64,000 nucleotides of DNA from a bacterium (GCA_031441465.1 JANOEP010000061.1:1-64000); one strand, 5' to 3'. Shown: positions 9,998 to 19,864, counted from the stretch's first letter. Made by a program: numbers and translations. The notes: generated by a model not told the origin, from the sequence alone.

Positions 9998-11983
9998 ATG
10001 AAGCGAAGCCTGTTATCCGCCGGCGCCACCCTCCTGCTGGCGGTGTTGCTGCTCGTTCCAGCCGGTCCGGCCCTCGCCTTGACGGCGGCCGACTGCGCCG
10101 ATTGTCACACCGGTTCCGGCGGCGACCCCGCCGAGGTCAACGCCGAGTCCATGGCCGGCAGCGTCCACGACGGTTTCGAGTGCACGGACTGCCATGCCGG
10201 CATCACGGAACTGCCCCACGACACCCTGTCGCCGGTCGACTGCGGCAGTTGCCACGGGGACGAGGCGGCCACCTACCAGGTCCACGGCCGCGGCGTGGTC
10301 GGCAAGTCGCCCTACATCCCGTTCTGCAAGGACTGCCACGGCACGCACGACATCCTGCCCTCGTCCGACCGGCACGCCCTGACCAACCCGATGAACCTGC
10401 CGGCGACCTGCGGCAAGTGCCACGAGGATTCGACCCTCGTCGCCGAAATCAACGTCAAGTTCAAGCACCCGATCCGCGTGTACAGCCAGAGCGTGCACGG
10501 CCGGGCGACGGCCGGCGGCATCCACCAGGCGGCGAGCTGCAATGACTGCCACAGCACCGGCGGCACCGCCCACATGATCCTGCCGCCGAGCGACATGCGC
10601 TCGACCATCGCCCACTTCAACATCCCGACCACCTGCGGCAAGTGCCACGGCGCCATCTCGCAGGACTACTGGGAGGGCATCCACGGCCAGATCACCGCCC
10701 GCGGCGAGGTGGACACGCCGGTCTGCACCACCTGCCACGGCGAGCACGGCATCCTGCCCACCGACGACCCGCGCTCTCCCGTGAGCCCCAACCGCATGGC
10801 CGAGGCGACCTGCACGCCCTGCCACGAGTCGGCGACCCTGAACGAGAAGTACGACCTGCCGACCGGCCGCCTGCAGTCGTTCGTGGACTCCTACCACGGG
10901 CTGAAGAGCAAGGCCGGCGACAAGCTGGTGGCGAACTGCGCCTCCTGCCACGGTGCCCACCTGATCCTGCCTTCGGCCGACCCGCGCTCCTCGGTCAACC
11001 AGGCCAACCTGCAGAAGACCTGCGGCCACTGCCACGCGGGCATCACCGCCGACGTCGCCAACCAGTCGATCCACGAGTCCGCCACCGGCCACCGGTCGGG
11101 TGTGGCCCACATCGTCCAGGTCCTTTACATCACGCTGATCGCGCTGGTGATCGGCGGCATGACGCTGCACTGGCTGATCGACCTGATCCGCCAGATCTAC
11201 CGCGTGATCCACGAGAAGCCCCAGGTCCGCCGCATGGATCCCAACGAGGTGTTCCAGCACACGGTGCTGGCCGTCTCCTTCACCACGCTGGTGGTCACCG
11301 GCTTCTCGCTGCGGTTCTACGATTCGTGGTGGAGTTCGCTGCTCTTCGGCCGCGAGGGCGGTTACGCCGTGCGCGGCTACATCCACCGCGGCGCCGCCGT
11401 GGTGATGATCCTGGGCGCCGTCTACCACGCGTTCTACCTGCTGACGCCCCGCGGGCGCGAGTTCCTGCGCGGCATGATGCCCAACTGGAACGATGCAAAG
11501 CAGCTGCTGCAGCGCACGAAGTACAACCTCGGCCTCAGCCGGGAAACGCCGCAGTTCGGCCGCTTCACCTACGTGGAGAAGGCCGAGTACTGGGCCCTGA
11601 TCTGGGGCACGGTCGTGATGGCGTTGACCGGCTTCGCGCTCTGGTTCGACAACACCGTCACGCACTGGTTCCCCAAGGGCACGATGGACGTCATCCTCGT
11701 GGTCCACTACTACGAGGCCTGGCTGGCGTTCCTGGCCATCCTGATCTGGCACATGTACTCGACGGTCTTCATGCCGGGCGTCTACCCGATGAACCCGTCA
11801 TGGATCACCGGCCTGATGCCGCAGCGCATGTTCGAGCACGAGCACCCCGCGGTCGAGCTGGTCGAGCATCGCCACACGGTGCGCACGCGGGTGCCGGCCG
11901 ACGAGCCGCTCATGGACGGGCGCGAGAAGGTGCAGCCCGGCACCCCGCGGCGCGACGGGCCGACGGAGCCGCCGCTGGTGTGA
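9998..11983 (+). CDS. Multiheme cytochrome c (11 CxxCH) fused to a cytochrome b membrane domain (CbcL-like)
   Basis: Signal peptide and 11 counted CxxCH motifs. C-terminal FdnI-like TM domain with His in FQH, IHR, VHYYEA and IWHMY, plus GRFTYVEKAEYWALIWG. Confidence 0.9.
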   Translation: MKRSLLSAGATLLLAVLLLVPAGPALALTAADCADCHTGSGGDPAEVNAESMAGSVHDGFECTDCHAGITELPHDTLSPVDCGSCHGDEAATYQVHGRGVVGKSPYIPFCKDCHGTHDILPSSDRHALTNPMNLPATCGKCHEDSTLVAEINVKFKHPIRVYSQSVHGRATAGGIHQAASCNDCHSTGGTAHMILPPSDMRSTIAHFNIPTTCGKCHGAISQDYWEGIHGQITARGEVDTPVCTTCHGEHGILPTDDPRSPVSPNRMAEATCTPCHESATLNEKYDLPTGRLQSFVDSYHGLKSKAGDKLVANCASCHGAHLILPSADPRSSVNQANLQKTCGHCHAGITADVANQSIHESATGHRSGVAHIVQVLYITLIALVIGGMTLHWLIDLIRQIYRVIHEKPQVRRMDPNEVFQHTVLAVSFTTLVVTGFSLRFYDSWWSSLLFGREGGYAVRGYIHRGAAVVMILGAVYHAFYLLTPRGREFLRGMMPNWNDAKQLLQRTKYNLGLSRETPQFGRFTYVEKAEYWALIWGTVVMALTGFALWFDNTVTHWFPKGTMDVILVVHYYEAWLAFLAILIWHMYSTVFMPGVYPMNPSWITGLMPQRMFEHEHPAVELVEHRHTVRTRVPADEPLMDGREKVQPGTPRRDGPTEPPLV

Positions 11984-12013
11984 GCCGCGTCTGCGGCTGG
12001 TTGTGGACAAGAA

Positions 12014-12045
12014 GAAGCGGCCCCCGCAACTGCGGGGGCCGCTTC
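12014..12045. terminator. Hairpin between convergent cytochrome genes
   Basis: GAAGCGGCCCCCGCA-AC-TGCGGGGGCCGCTTC perfect inverted repeat. Confidence 0.7.
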
Positions 12046-12088
12046 GCTGTCCGTCCGGTCCCGGCGACCGGCGATCGCTGGTCCGCGA

Positions 12089-12625
12089 TTACTTCGCGGC
12101 GGCCTCGGGCACCGGGTGCTTGATCAGGGCCCACATCTTGTCGTAGTCGAAAGCCTTGAAGGTCGGGCTCCCGGTGTTGTGGCACTTCACGCAGGTCTCC
12201 TTGCCGCCCATCTTCATGCCGGCGGCCATCGCGGCGGCGTGATCCTCCATGACGGCCTTGGACTTGTACTCGGAGCCGGCGCCGTGGCAGGCCTCGCAGC
12301 CCACGCCCTCCTCGGGCACCCACTTCGTGGCGGCCTCGAGCGCCACGCCCAGGAAGCCCTTCGTGGTGTGGCACTTCAGGCAGGCGGCCTCTTCCCAGGG
12401 ATTGCCCAGGCCCTTCTCCTTGGCGATGGCGATGGCCGCGGCGCCCTTCAGGGTGGCGAAGGCGCCGGCGTGCGCCGACTCGGTCCAGATCTTCGCCTGG
12501 TCGCCGGTCTTGACCTTGTGGCACATCACGCACTTGGGAGCGCCGATGATGGTGGGCTCGGCAGCCTGGGCGAGCGCGGCGCAGACCACCGTGAGCGCGA
12601 CCAGGACCAACAGGGACTTCTTCAT
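12089..12625 (-). CDS. Periplasmic tetraheme cytochrome c (c554-like)
   Basis: Signal peptide; CVMCH, CLKCH, CEACH, CVKCH; SAHAGAF and EGVGCEACHGAGS motifs. Confidence 0.88.
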   Translation of the reverse strand: MKKSLLVLVALTVVCAALAQAAEPTIIGAPKCVMCHKVKTGDQAKIWTESAHAGAFATLKGAAAIAIAKEKGLGNPWEEAACLKCHTTKGFLGVALEAATKWVPEEGVGCEACHGAGSEYKSKAVMEDHAAAMAAGMKMGGKETCVKCHNTGSPTFKAFDYDKMWALIKHPVPEAAAK

Positions 12626-12918
12626 GCTTCCTCCTTGCCGTGTGAATCGGCCGGATCAGTGTCGGAACCCCGGCCGGAAAACGTTCGGGTGACGTCGCCG
12701 CTCCCGATGGCCCGAATGTAAACGATCGATCCGGGCCGCCCCAAATAAAAAAGAGGTTCCCCGGGCCGTGATTCGCGTATCGAGAAAGAGAATCAAGACG
12801 CGAACCCAAGGCTGGGATGATCTTTGATATTCTGCTAGACTGATTGGAGTTCCCGTTCAGCGTGCCCGTCGCGAATTACAACCGGAGTCGAATTGTCCCG
12901 CATCCAGGAGAACACCCG

Positions 12919-14577
12919 ATGATCAAGTGCCCGGTCTTCGCCTGTATCTGCTTGCTCCTGTTGCCGCTTGCGGTGCAGGCCGAGCCCCAGTTCGCCTGGT
13001 CGTCGCTGCTGGACAGCGGCGCCGCGCTGGACGACAACGGTGCGGTCGTGGTCGGCCACATTTCGGGCGACGCCGTGGTGGCCGGCGTCAGCCACGACGG
13101 CATCGACGGTTCGGACATCCTCGTGCGGCGCCTGTCGGCCGCGGACGGCGGCCAGGTCTGGTCGCGCCGCATCCCGTCGTTCGACACCTCGTCCATGTCG
13201 GTCACCGACCTGGCGTGGGACCAGGCGGGTGACTTGATCGTGGCCGGGCATGTCCTGGGCTGCGTGGGGTGAGGCCATGGTGACGACATCGTCGTGCTGA
13301 AGCTCGACGATGCGACCGGGGAGGTTCTCTGGTCCCAGCTGTACGCCTCGCCGAACGCCGAAAACGATTCCGCCTACGCCCTGGCCCTGAACGGATCCGG
13401 GGACATCTTCATCGCCGGCCGCGTCAACGTCGCGGGCCGGCTGGACGAGATCGCGCTGCTGAAGTTCGCCAACGTCGACGGCGAACTGCTCTGGACGGCC
13501 TTCGACGGCGGCGCCGCCCGTCTCGATGACCGCGCTCTGGACGTGGCCGTCGGTCCCGACGGCGATCCCGTGGTGACCGGCCTGATCCAGAACGCCAACG
13601 GCACGGCTTCGCTGCTGACCGCCAAGTACGCCACCGCCGACGGCAGTCCGGTGTGGGCCGTCCTGACGACCGGATTGGTCAACGACGCCAGCGGCGACGG
13701 CTGGCTCGGCGTCGACGCCGCCGGCGACGTGCTGGTCGCCGGCAAGGCCTGGCATGCCTCGACCTCGTACGACGTGCTCTGCGCCAAACTCGACGGCGAT
13801 GACGGGCAGCAGCTCTGGCGCGTGGACTGGACCAACGGCACCCGCTCGGACGACCCCGGCGGCATGCTCGTGGACGCGGCCGGCGACCTGGTCGTGGTCG
13901 GCGTCACCGGCGGCGACTACCTGACGGTCAAGCTGAGCGGGGCCAACGGCTCGCGGCGGTGGCTGTCGACCTACAACGGCCCGCAGGGCTGGTACGACGT
14001 GGCCAACGGCGCGGCGTTCGGCTCCGGCGGCGAGATCCTGGTCACCGGCTTCAGCGACGGCACCGGCACCAGCTGGGACGTCGCGACGCTCGGCTACGAC
14101 CCGGCCACCGGCGCCCAGCGCTGGGTGCGGCGCTACGACGGCCCGGCCCACCTGACCGACGAAGCCCGGAGCCTCGTGCTCGCGCCCGGCGGCTCCCTGT
14201 ACGTGACCGGCTACGCCTACGGCGACGCGACCAGCATGGACCAGGTGGTGCTGGCGTATTCCCATCCCGACCTGACGGACGCCGGCGACCTGCCCCCCGC
14301 ACCGGAGCCGTTGGCGGTATACCCCAATCCCTTCAATCCGTCGACGGTCGTGACGTACCGGCTCGAGGCGGCGGCGGCGGTGACGCTCGCGGTCCACGAC
14401 CTCGCGGGTCGGCTGGTCGCCGTGATCGACGGCGGGCGGCGCGATGCGGGATGGCATCGGGCGAGTTGGGACGGTCGAGACGAACGGGGCCGAGCCGCGA
14501 CGAGCGGCACTTACTTCCTGCTTCTGACGACAGAAGACGGGTTCAGGCAGACCAGAACATTGACGTTGTTGAGATGA
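12919..14577 (+). CDS. Secreted beta-propeller repeat protein with FlgD/T9SS-like CTD; in-frame TGA at 13270-13272 (candidate selenocysteine in CxxU, or a nonsense mutation)
   Basis: ORFs ending at 13272 and resuming by 13294 are in the same frame, and the blade repeat (GD..VAG...D....K.....G..LW) continues across the TGA. Signal peptide at the start, PNPFNP...WDG at the end. Confidence 0.8.
13284..13314 (+). promoter_or_regulatory. Candidate bacterial SECIS element
   Basis: Stem CATCGTCG(13287-94)/CGACGATG(13305-12), U-U mismatch, GC/GC pairs, apical loop TGAA starting 26 nt after the UGA. Confidence 0.5.
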
Positions 14578-14995
14578 AGCAGGGAGATGATCGCCGCGGG
14601 TAATGCCATGCCCGAGAGGTTGACGGCGGGGACGTTAGCACGTGTCCGCCGGGCGAGCTGTTATCCAGAAAACAAGCGCCCGGCAACCGCCCACGCGCCA
14701 GATGCTGCTCCCATTGTCTGACAGTTACCCCCTACCGCGAGGCCACAGTCAGCCGCAGGCTCACTGTGGTTGTTGCGTTCGATGACGCATTATTTAATAT
14801 AAGACCATTATCGTAGCGTTAAGTGGTTATCATTTGTACAATCGGTCCAGGACAGGCAGGACCGTGAATCGAGCATTGAAAGGGCAGGTTCAGGCTCGAA
14901 GAGATGTGCATGGGAATCTCGATCCAGCGAGCTGGAGACGGAAGAAATTCAACTCACGTTTCATCTGGCTTCATGAGTGAAAGGTGCAGTGTTCA

Positions 14996-17374
14996 ATGAG
15001 AACCCGACATCTGGTGCTGATCGTTTGTGCTTTGTTTGGAGTTGGGATCGCCCATGCTAATGATCCGGTCACCTTTTCCTGGCGCTACTACCGCCCCGGC
15101 AACACCGGTATCCAGGGCGACTACAACGAATCGATCTGGATCGACGCCGACAACGATCCATGGATCGCCGGCTACAACCCGGTCGCCGAAGAGGGTGGCG
15201 TTGCCAAGTTCGTCCAGGCTGATCATCGCTGGATCAATGTTTCCAACATCGATTACCCGGTGTTCGGGAGTGCCAACGACGTCGGCACCAGCCGAGTAAC
15301 CGACATGGTCGCCGATGGACTGGGAAACCTGTGGCTCGGCACCTGGCGTGGCGTGCTGCGCATGAATCTCGCGGTCGGGCCGAGTTCACTCGTGATGTTC
15401 GGCCCCGGGAACTCGGCCCTTCCGGGCGGGATCACGGCAGACATCACGCGCGCGCCGGACGGGTCGATCTGGATCTCCGCAGGATCCACAGACTGGGCTG
15501 GCGGCGGCTTGACCCGATACGATCCCGCAACCAACGAGTGGTCGCATATCGACGGACATGGCGGACTCAAAATCGCGACCCAACCCAAACCCGGGGGCGG
15601 CTACTACCTTTGGTCTTCCGGCGAGGGATTTACCCCGATGGAGCGGTGGGACAGTTCCACGCAGACCTGGAACAGCTACCCGGCCACTTCGGGCAACCCG
15701 TCACACCTGATTTCGCTCGACTCGGCCGATGACGCCGGCAACGTCTGGATGCAACGGTGGATCGGGGTTCAGGGCGAGGAAACCCTTGATTGCCTCCGCC
15801 CGGACGGTACCTGGGTCACGCCGCCGCTGCCGCCGGTGCACCCGCAGATCGTGGCCGCCGGGGCGCGGGCGTTCGGCACGATGCAGGCCCTCATGGTGAA
15901 CGGGTACGGGCGTCTTTACCGCTTCAACGGCACCTCGTGGACCGACCTGGGACCGGAGCCGTACAGCGGGTTCATCCAGGATCTGGACATCGACGCCGCG
16001 GGCAACATCTGGTTGTGCGGCACGGGCACGGGCGGAGCATTCCGGCGCGACGCCGTTACCGGCATTTGGCAGCGCTACCGCGTCACCAACACCAGCCAGT
16101 TCGATTTTTTCAACAATGACGTCGCCATCGACCCGTATACGGGCGATGTCTACGCGTGCGCCAATGCCTCAGCGGATTTCGGGGGCATGGTCAAGTTCGA
16201 CGGGACTCGGTGGACCGGGTTCGTCAACGATGCGGGCTATGGGTTGACCGGACCGTGGCCTTGGCCGGGAGCACCTCAAAGTGAGGCCGTCTACGTTCGC
16301 CCGTCCAATGGTCACGTCGTGGCCAACCCGATCAATCAATTCACGCACGAGTTCGACGGGACTACGTGGACCGATATCCCCGGCGGACCGGACCAGATGA
16401 AGCAATACGTTGAAGACTCGCTCGGTCGGTTGTGGGGCATCGGTCACTACGGTGGCTTGGGGTTCTTTGAAAACGGCGGCTACACCACCGTCGGCGCCGG
16501 CGTCGGAACCAGTTATCTCCGACGCGATCCGGATCGCGTCGGAACGATCTGGTGCACTGCCGACCTGGAAATCCTGCGCACCGACGGAGCTTACAGCTTC
16601 TCACGCACGATCGAGGACTTTCCTGGTCCAGCGAGTGTCGGTTCATCCTTCCGTGGTCTTGCCGTCGATCACAACGGCATCGCCTGGGTCGGCACTGCGG
16701 CTTTCCAGAGCACGGGAAGCACGCTCATCCGACTCGACGCCAACACCGGCACCTACCAGATATGGGAACACGATCTTGGTTGGCCCTTCCCTGGTGAGCA
16801 TGTTTACCCCGTGACAGTCACGCCCGATGGACGGGTGTGGATGACCTACGATAGTGAGTATCCGTCAACCGACGCCGGATTGTTGTGGTGGGATGGCACA
16901 AACATCGGTGTTTTTCCCGCACCGCCCAACGGCGGATGGCAGTGGGGTGGGCTGCCGCACGCGGGGATCCTGGATCTGGAGGTCAAAGTTGTCCCGGGCG
17001 GCTACGAACTGTGGATGAGCTGCATCAGCCGCGGGCTCGCGGTACTGGAAGTGCAGGTGCCAAATCCGACCGCGATCGGTTCGGGTGAAGTTCCCGCTGA
17101 ATTGGCACTGCAGTCGAACTATCCGAATCCCTTCAACCCCCGCACGATGATCCACTTCACACTCGACCGCGAGCAGCAGGCCGACCTCACGCTGTTTGAC
17201 GCGCGGGGTCGCCGGGTGCGCACGCTCCTGCACGGCCCCGCGAGTGTGGGCGGGCATGCGGTAGCCTGGGACGGGCTCGATGAAAACGGCCACGCCTGCG
17301 CGGCGGGTGTGTACCTGGCGCGGCTCCGTGGCGAAACGGCCGCCGCGACCGCTAAGCTGATGCTGGTGCGATGA
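14996..17374 (+). CDS. Large secreted beta-propeller protein (two-component-regulator-propeller-like repeats) with FlgD/T9SS-like CTD
   Basis: Signal peptide; repeats D..GN.W.GT and FDGT.W; NYPNPFNPRT...WDGLDENG. Less GC-biased codon usage than neighbours. Confidence 0.82.
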   Translation: MRTRHLVLIVCALFGVGIAHANDPVTFSWRYYRPGNTGIQGDYNESIWIDADNDPWIAGYNPVAEEGGVAKFVQADHRWINVSNIDYPVFGSANDVGTSRVTDMVADGLGNLWLGTWRGVLRMNLAVGPSSLVMFGPGNSALPGGITADITRAPDGSIWISAGSTDWAGGGLTRYDPATNEWSHIDGHGGLKIATQPKPGGGYYLWSSGEGFTPMERWDSSTQTWNSYPATSGNPSHLISLDSADDAGNVWMQRWIGVQGEETLDCLRPDGTWVTPPLPPVHPQIVAAGARAFGTMQALMVNGYGRLYRFNGTSWTDLGPEPYSGFIQDLDIDAAGNIWLCGTGTGGAFRRDAVTGIWQRYRVTNTSQFDFFNNDVAIDPYTGDVYACANASADFGGMVKFDGTRWTGFVNDAGYGLTGPWPWPGAPQSEAVYVRPSNGHVVANPINQFTHEFDGTTWTDIPGGPDQMKQYVEDSLGRLWGIGHYGGLGFFENGGYTTVGAGVGTSYLRRDPDRVGTIWCTADLEILRTDGAYSFSRTIEDFPGPASVGSSFRGLAVDHNGIAWVGTAAFQSTGSTLIRLDANTGTYQIWEHDLGWPFPGEHVYPVTVTPDGRVWMTYDSEYPSTDAGLLWWDGTNIGVFPAPPNGGWQWGGLPHAGILDLEVKVVPGGYELWMSCISRGLAVLEVQVPNPTAIGSGEVPAELALQSNYPNPFNPRTMIHFTLDREQQADLTLFDARGRRVRTLLHGPASVGGHAVAWDGLDENGHACAAGVYLARLRGETAAATAKLMLVR

Positions 17375-17390
17375 AGGGTATCAGCATTCG

Positions 17391-17436
17391 ACCCGACGAC
17401 GCCCCGTCTGGTAAGGCGGGGCGTCGTCGGGTAAAA
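17391..17436 (-). terminator. Hairpin between convergent genes (probable terminator)
   Basis: ACCCGACGACGCCCCG...CGGGGCGTCGTCGGGT inverted repeat with adjacent AAAA. Confidence 0.7.
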
Positions 17437-17460
17437 GAAGGGGCTGTACGAGGCCAGGAT

Positions 17461-18117
17461 CTATTTTACCAGGGTCACGGTCCGGGAGCGTGCGCCATCC
17501 GGTGTCTCGAGTCGGACCAGGTAGGAACCCGCGGCCGCCGGCCTCCCATTCTCGTCGCTGCCGTCCCACTCCGCCCGGTGCGCCCCCGCCGGCAGGTCGC
17601 CCAGGTGCAGGCTGCGCACGCTACGGCCGTCGAGGCCGAAGACACGCAGGGTGGCGGAACCCGCCGTGGCCAGTTCGAACGCGATCACGGTGCGGGGATT
17701 GAACGGGTTGGGGAACGGCGCCAGCAACCTCGGCCCGGGACCGGCGACATCGTTCCCCACGCCCACGCTCAGATCCGGCTGGACGTGCACGATCCCGGTC
17801 ATGCCCATGAGCAGGTGGGGGCGGCAGAAGTAGGGCACGTCGCCGGCGACGGCGAAGACGTACTGGAAAGACGGATTGGCCAAGTTGAGCGGCGCGTCGA
17901 ACAGCGTGCCCACGTTGGGGTCCGCCGTCCCGGTGCCGTTGGTGACGGTGTGGGAGAGGCTGGTGCGCACCCAGCGTACGGTGTCGCCTTCGGTGACGGT
18001 GATGTTGTTGGGAACGAACGTCGTGCCGCTCTGCTGGACGACGAAGACGGCCGCCGCAGCGGGCATGGCGACGGCGAGGGTCGCGGCAGCGACCAGGACG
18101 CGGATCCGGGATTTCAT
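17461..18117 (-). CDS. Type-1 blue copper (plastocyanin-like) protein with FlgD/T9SS-like CTD
   Basis: Signal peptide; FVPNNITV.EGDTVRW; Cu ligands SHTVT and YFCRPHLLMGM; C-terminal PNPFNP...WDG. Confidence 0.88.
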   Translation of the reverse strand: MKSRIRVLVAAATLAVAMPAAAAVFVVQQSGTTFVPNNITVTEGDTVRWVRTSLSHTVTNGTGTADPNVGTLFDAPLNLANPSFQYVFAVAGDVPYFCRPHLLMGMTGIVHVQPDLSVGVGNDVAGPGPRLLAPFPNPFNPRTVIAFELATAGSATLRVFGLDGRSVRSLHLGDLPAGAHRAEWDGSDENGRPAAAGSYLVRLETPDGARSRTVTLVK

Positions 18118-18268
18118 GAGGTACTCCTTCGTGGCCCGCCGGGGCGGTGAGGTTGCGTGTGGGGACACGATCGCGAGTCTTCCTCAATGTAACACGATTG
18201 AGGATGAATATGGTATCCAATCGCAGAAATGATCAATACTGATTGATATTCAACAAGTTACAAGAGTA

Positions 18269-18295
18269 GGGGCGCCGGGTGGATCCCGGCGCCCC
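18269..18295 (-). terminator. Hairpin downstream of the ECF operon
   Basis: GGGGCGCCGGG-TGGAT-CCCGGCGCCCC. Confidence 0.55.
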
Positions 18296-18320
18296 GCCCT
18301 GATCGCAATGTCGACCACGC

Positions 18321-19217
18321 TCAACGCTTGACGATCTTCACGTCCCCGCTGAACACCGAAATGCCGATGCGGGCGCCGCCCTTGCCCTCGGTGAAGCGCA
18401 GCTCGCGGCCGGGCGCGTGCTTGCTGGTGCGCTCCGCCTTGTGGCCGTAGCCGTCCTGGATGTCGCCGCTGAAGGCGGAGATGTCGAACGTCGCATCGAT
18501 CTTCGCGGGCAGGCGCAGGATCGCGTCGCCGCTGTGCGTGTCGATCTTCCAACTCGCGCCGTCCACCGGATCGGCGGTGAGGATCAGCTGGCCCGACACC
18601 GCGTTGAACTCGAAATCGCGCAGGGCGCCGGTCTCGATGCGGGCGTCGCCGCTGACGGTGGCGATCTCGAGGTCGTCGAGTTTGCCGCGCGCGCGCACGT
18701 CGCCGCTGACGGTGTCGACCTCCAGGCGGGCGGTGGTGATCTCGGCGTCCACGTCGCCGCTGACGGTCGCGAGGGAGGCCGATGCCGGCTCTCCGCGCAG
18801 GGTCAGCTCGCCGCTCACGGTCGACACCGTCACCGAACCCACGAGCTCGCCCACCGTCACGTCGCAGCTGACGCCGACGGCTTCCAGCGCGCAGCGCCGC
18901 GGGACGCGCAGGGTGAGGCGGGTGCCGTCGGTCGGGCCCTTGAGGTTGCGCTTGTACTTCACCTCGATGGACAGCGCCTGGCGGTCGCCTTCGATCTCGA
19001 GCTTCTCGACCTTGGCGTCCAGCACGCCCTCGAGCCGGACCTCGTCGCGGTCCCAGCCGGCGATCTCGAGGGTTCCGGCCAGGTTGTTGATCGAGACCGA
19101 CGCGGTGGGATCGGCGGGGCGGGATTCGTCGACCTTCCTGGTCTGGGCGCCGGCGGTGGTCGCGGCGAGCGCGACGGCCAGGCCGAGCAGGGCGGTGAGT
19201 GCGGTGCGGGTCTTCAT
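18321..19217 (-). CDS. DUF4097 beta-strand repeat protein, secreted
   Basis: Signal peptide; repeated TVSGDV-type motifs; typical third gene of ECF/anti-sigma operons. Confidence 0.85.
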   Translation of the reverse strand: MKTRTALTALLGLAVALAATTAGAQTRKVDESRPADPTASVSINNLAGTLEIAGWDRDEVRLEGVLDAKVEKLEIEGDRQALSIEVKYKRNLKGPTDGTRLTLRVPRRCALEAVGVSCDVTVGELVGSVTVSTVSGELTLRGEPASASLATVSGDVDAEITTARLEVDTVSGDVRARGKLDDLEIATVSGDARIETGALRDFEFNAVSGQLILTADPVDGASWKIDTHSGDAILRLPAKIDATFDISAFSGDIQDGYGHKAERTSKHAPGRELRFTEGKGGARIGISVFSGDVKIVKR

Positions 19218-19231
19218 GTCGTCCTCCTTCT

Positions 19232-19864
19232 CTACGATTGGGCCACCCGGCTCACGAGCCGTTGCAGCAGGTCGAGTTTGCGGTGGTAGCCGGCAGCGAG
19301 GCCGGGAGTCAGGGACGGGTCGCGGCGGGCCTGGCGCAGCGCGCGCCGGGTCTCGCCGATGGCCTCGTCGATCGCGGCGAAGCCGCTGTCCAGTTCGTCG
19401 CGATCCGCGGCGGACAGATCCTCGCTGGTCTGCTTCATGGCGGACTTCGAGGCATCGTGCAGCAGCGTGTAGCCGTCGCCCAGGACTTCGCCGAGGTCCG
19501 CGGTCCTGTGGCTGCGGTCCAGCAGCCGAGGCAACGCGATGGCCAGGACGAGCACGGCCGCCAGCGCCAGGGCCCGCCGCGGTTGCCGCAGCGACATCAC
19601 GGCGGCAGGGAGGACGGGATTCTCCCGCCTCGGGGGCGCTTCCTCGCTCAGTCGCGCGGCGACCCCGGGCCAGAGGTCGCGCCCGGGAGCGATCTCGCGG
19701 GGCAACGCCGCCGCATCCCGCTGCAGCCGTTGTAGGTCGGCCCAGTTGTCCGCGCAGGCGGGGCAGGAGTCGAGGTGGCGCTGCAGGGCGACGGCGGCGG
19801 CGGCGTCCAGTTCGCCGTCCAGCAGGTCCTGCAGCCGGTCGGTTTGAGCGCAGGGTGTCGTCAT
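19232..19864 (-). CDS. Anti-sigma factor with zf-HC2 zinc finger
   Basis: LLDGEL...HLDSCPAC, one TM helix; ATGA overlap with the sigma gene. Confidence 0.85.
   Translation of the reverse strand: MTTPCAQTDRLQDLLDGELDAAAAVALQRHLDSCPACADNWADLQRLQRDAAALPREIAPGRDLWPGVAARLSEEAPPRRENPVLPAAVMSLRQPRRALALAAVLVLAIALPRLLDRSHRTADLGEVLGDGYTLLHDASKSAMKQTSEDLSAADRDELDSGFAAIDEAIGETRRALRQARRDPSLTPGLAAGYHRKLDLLQRLVSRVAQS

Noticed and set aside
18530..18870. Repeated CGCCGCTGACGGT units
   Set aside because: These encode the TVSG repeats of the DUF4097 protein and are not a DNA repeat element.
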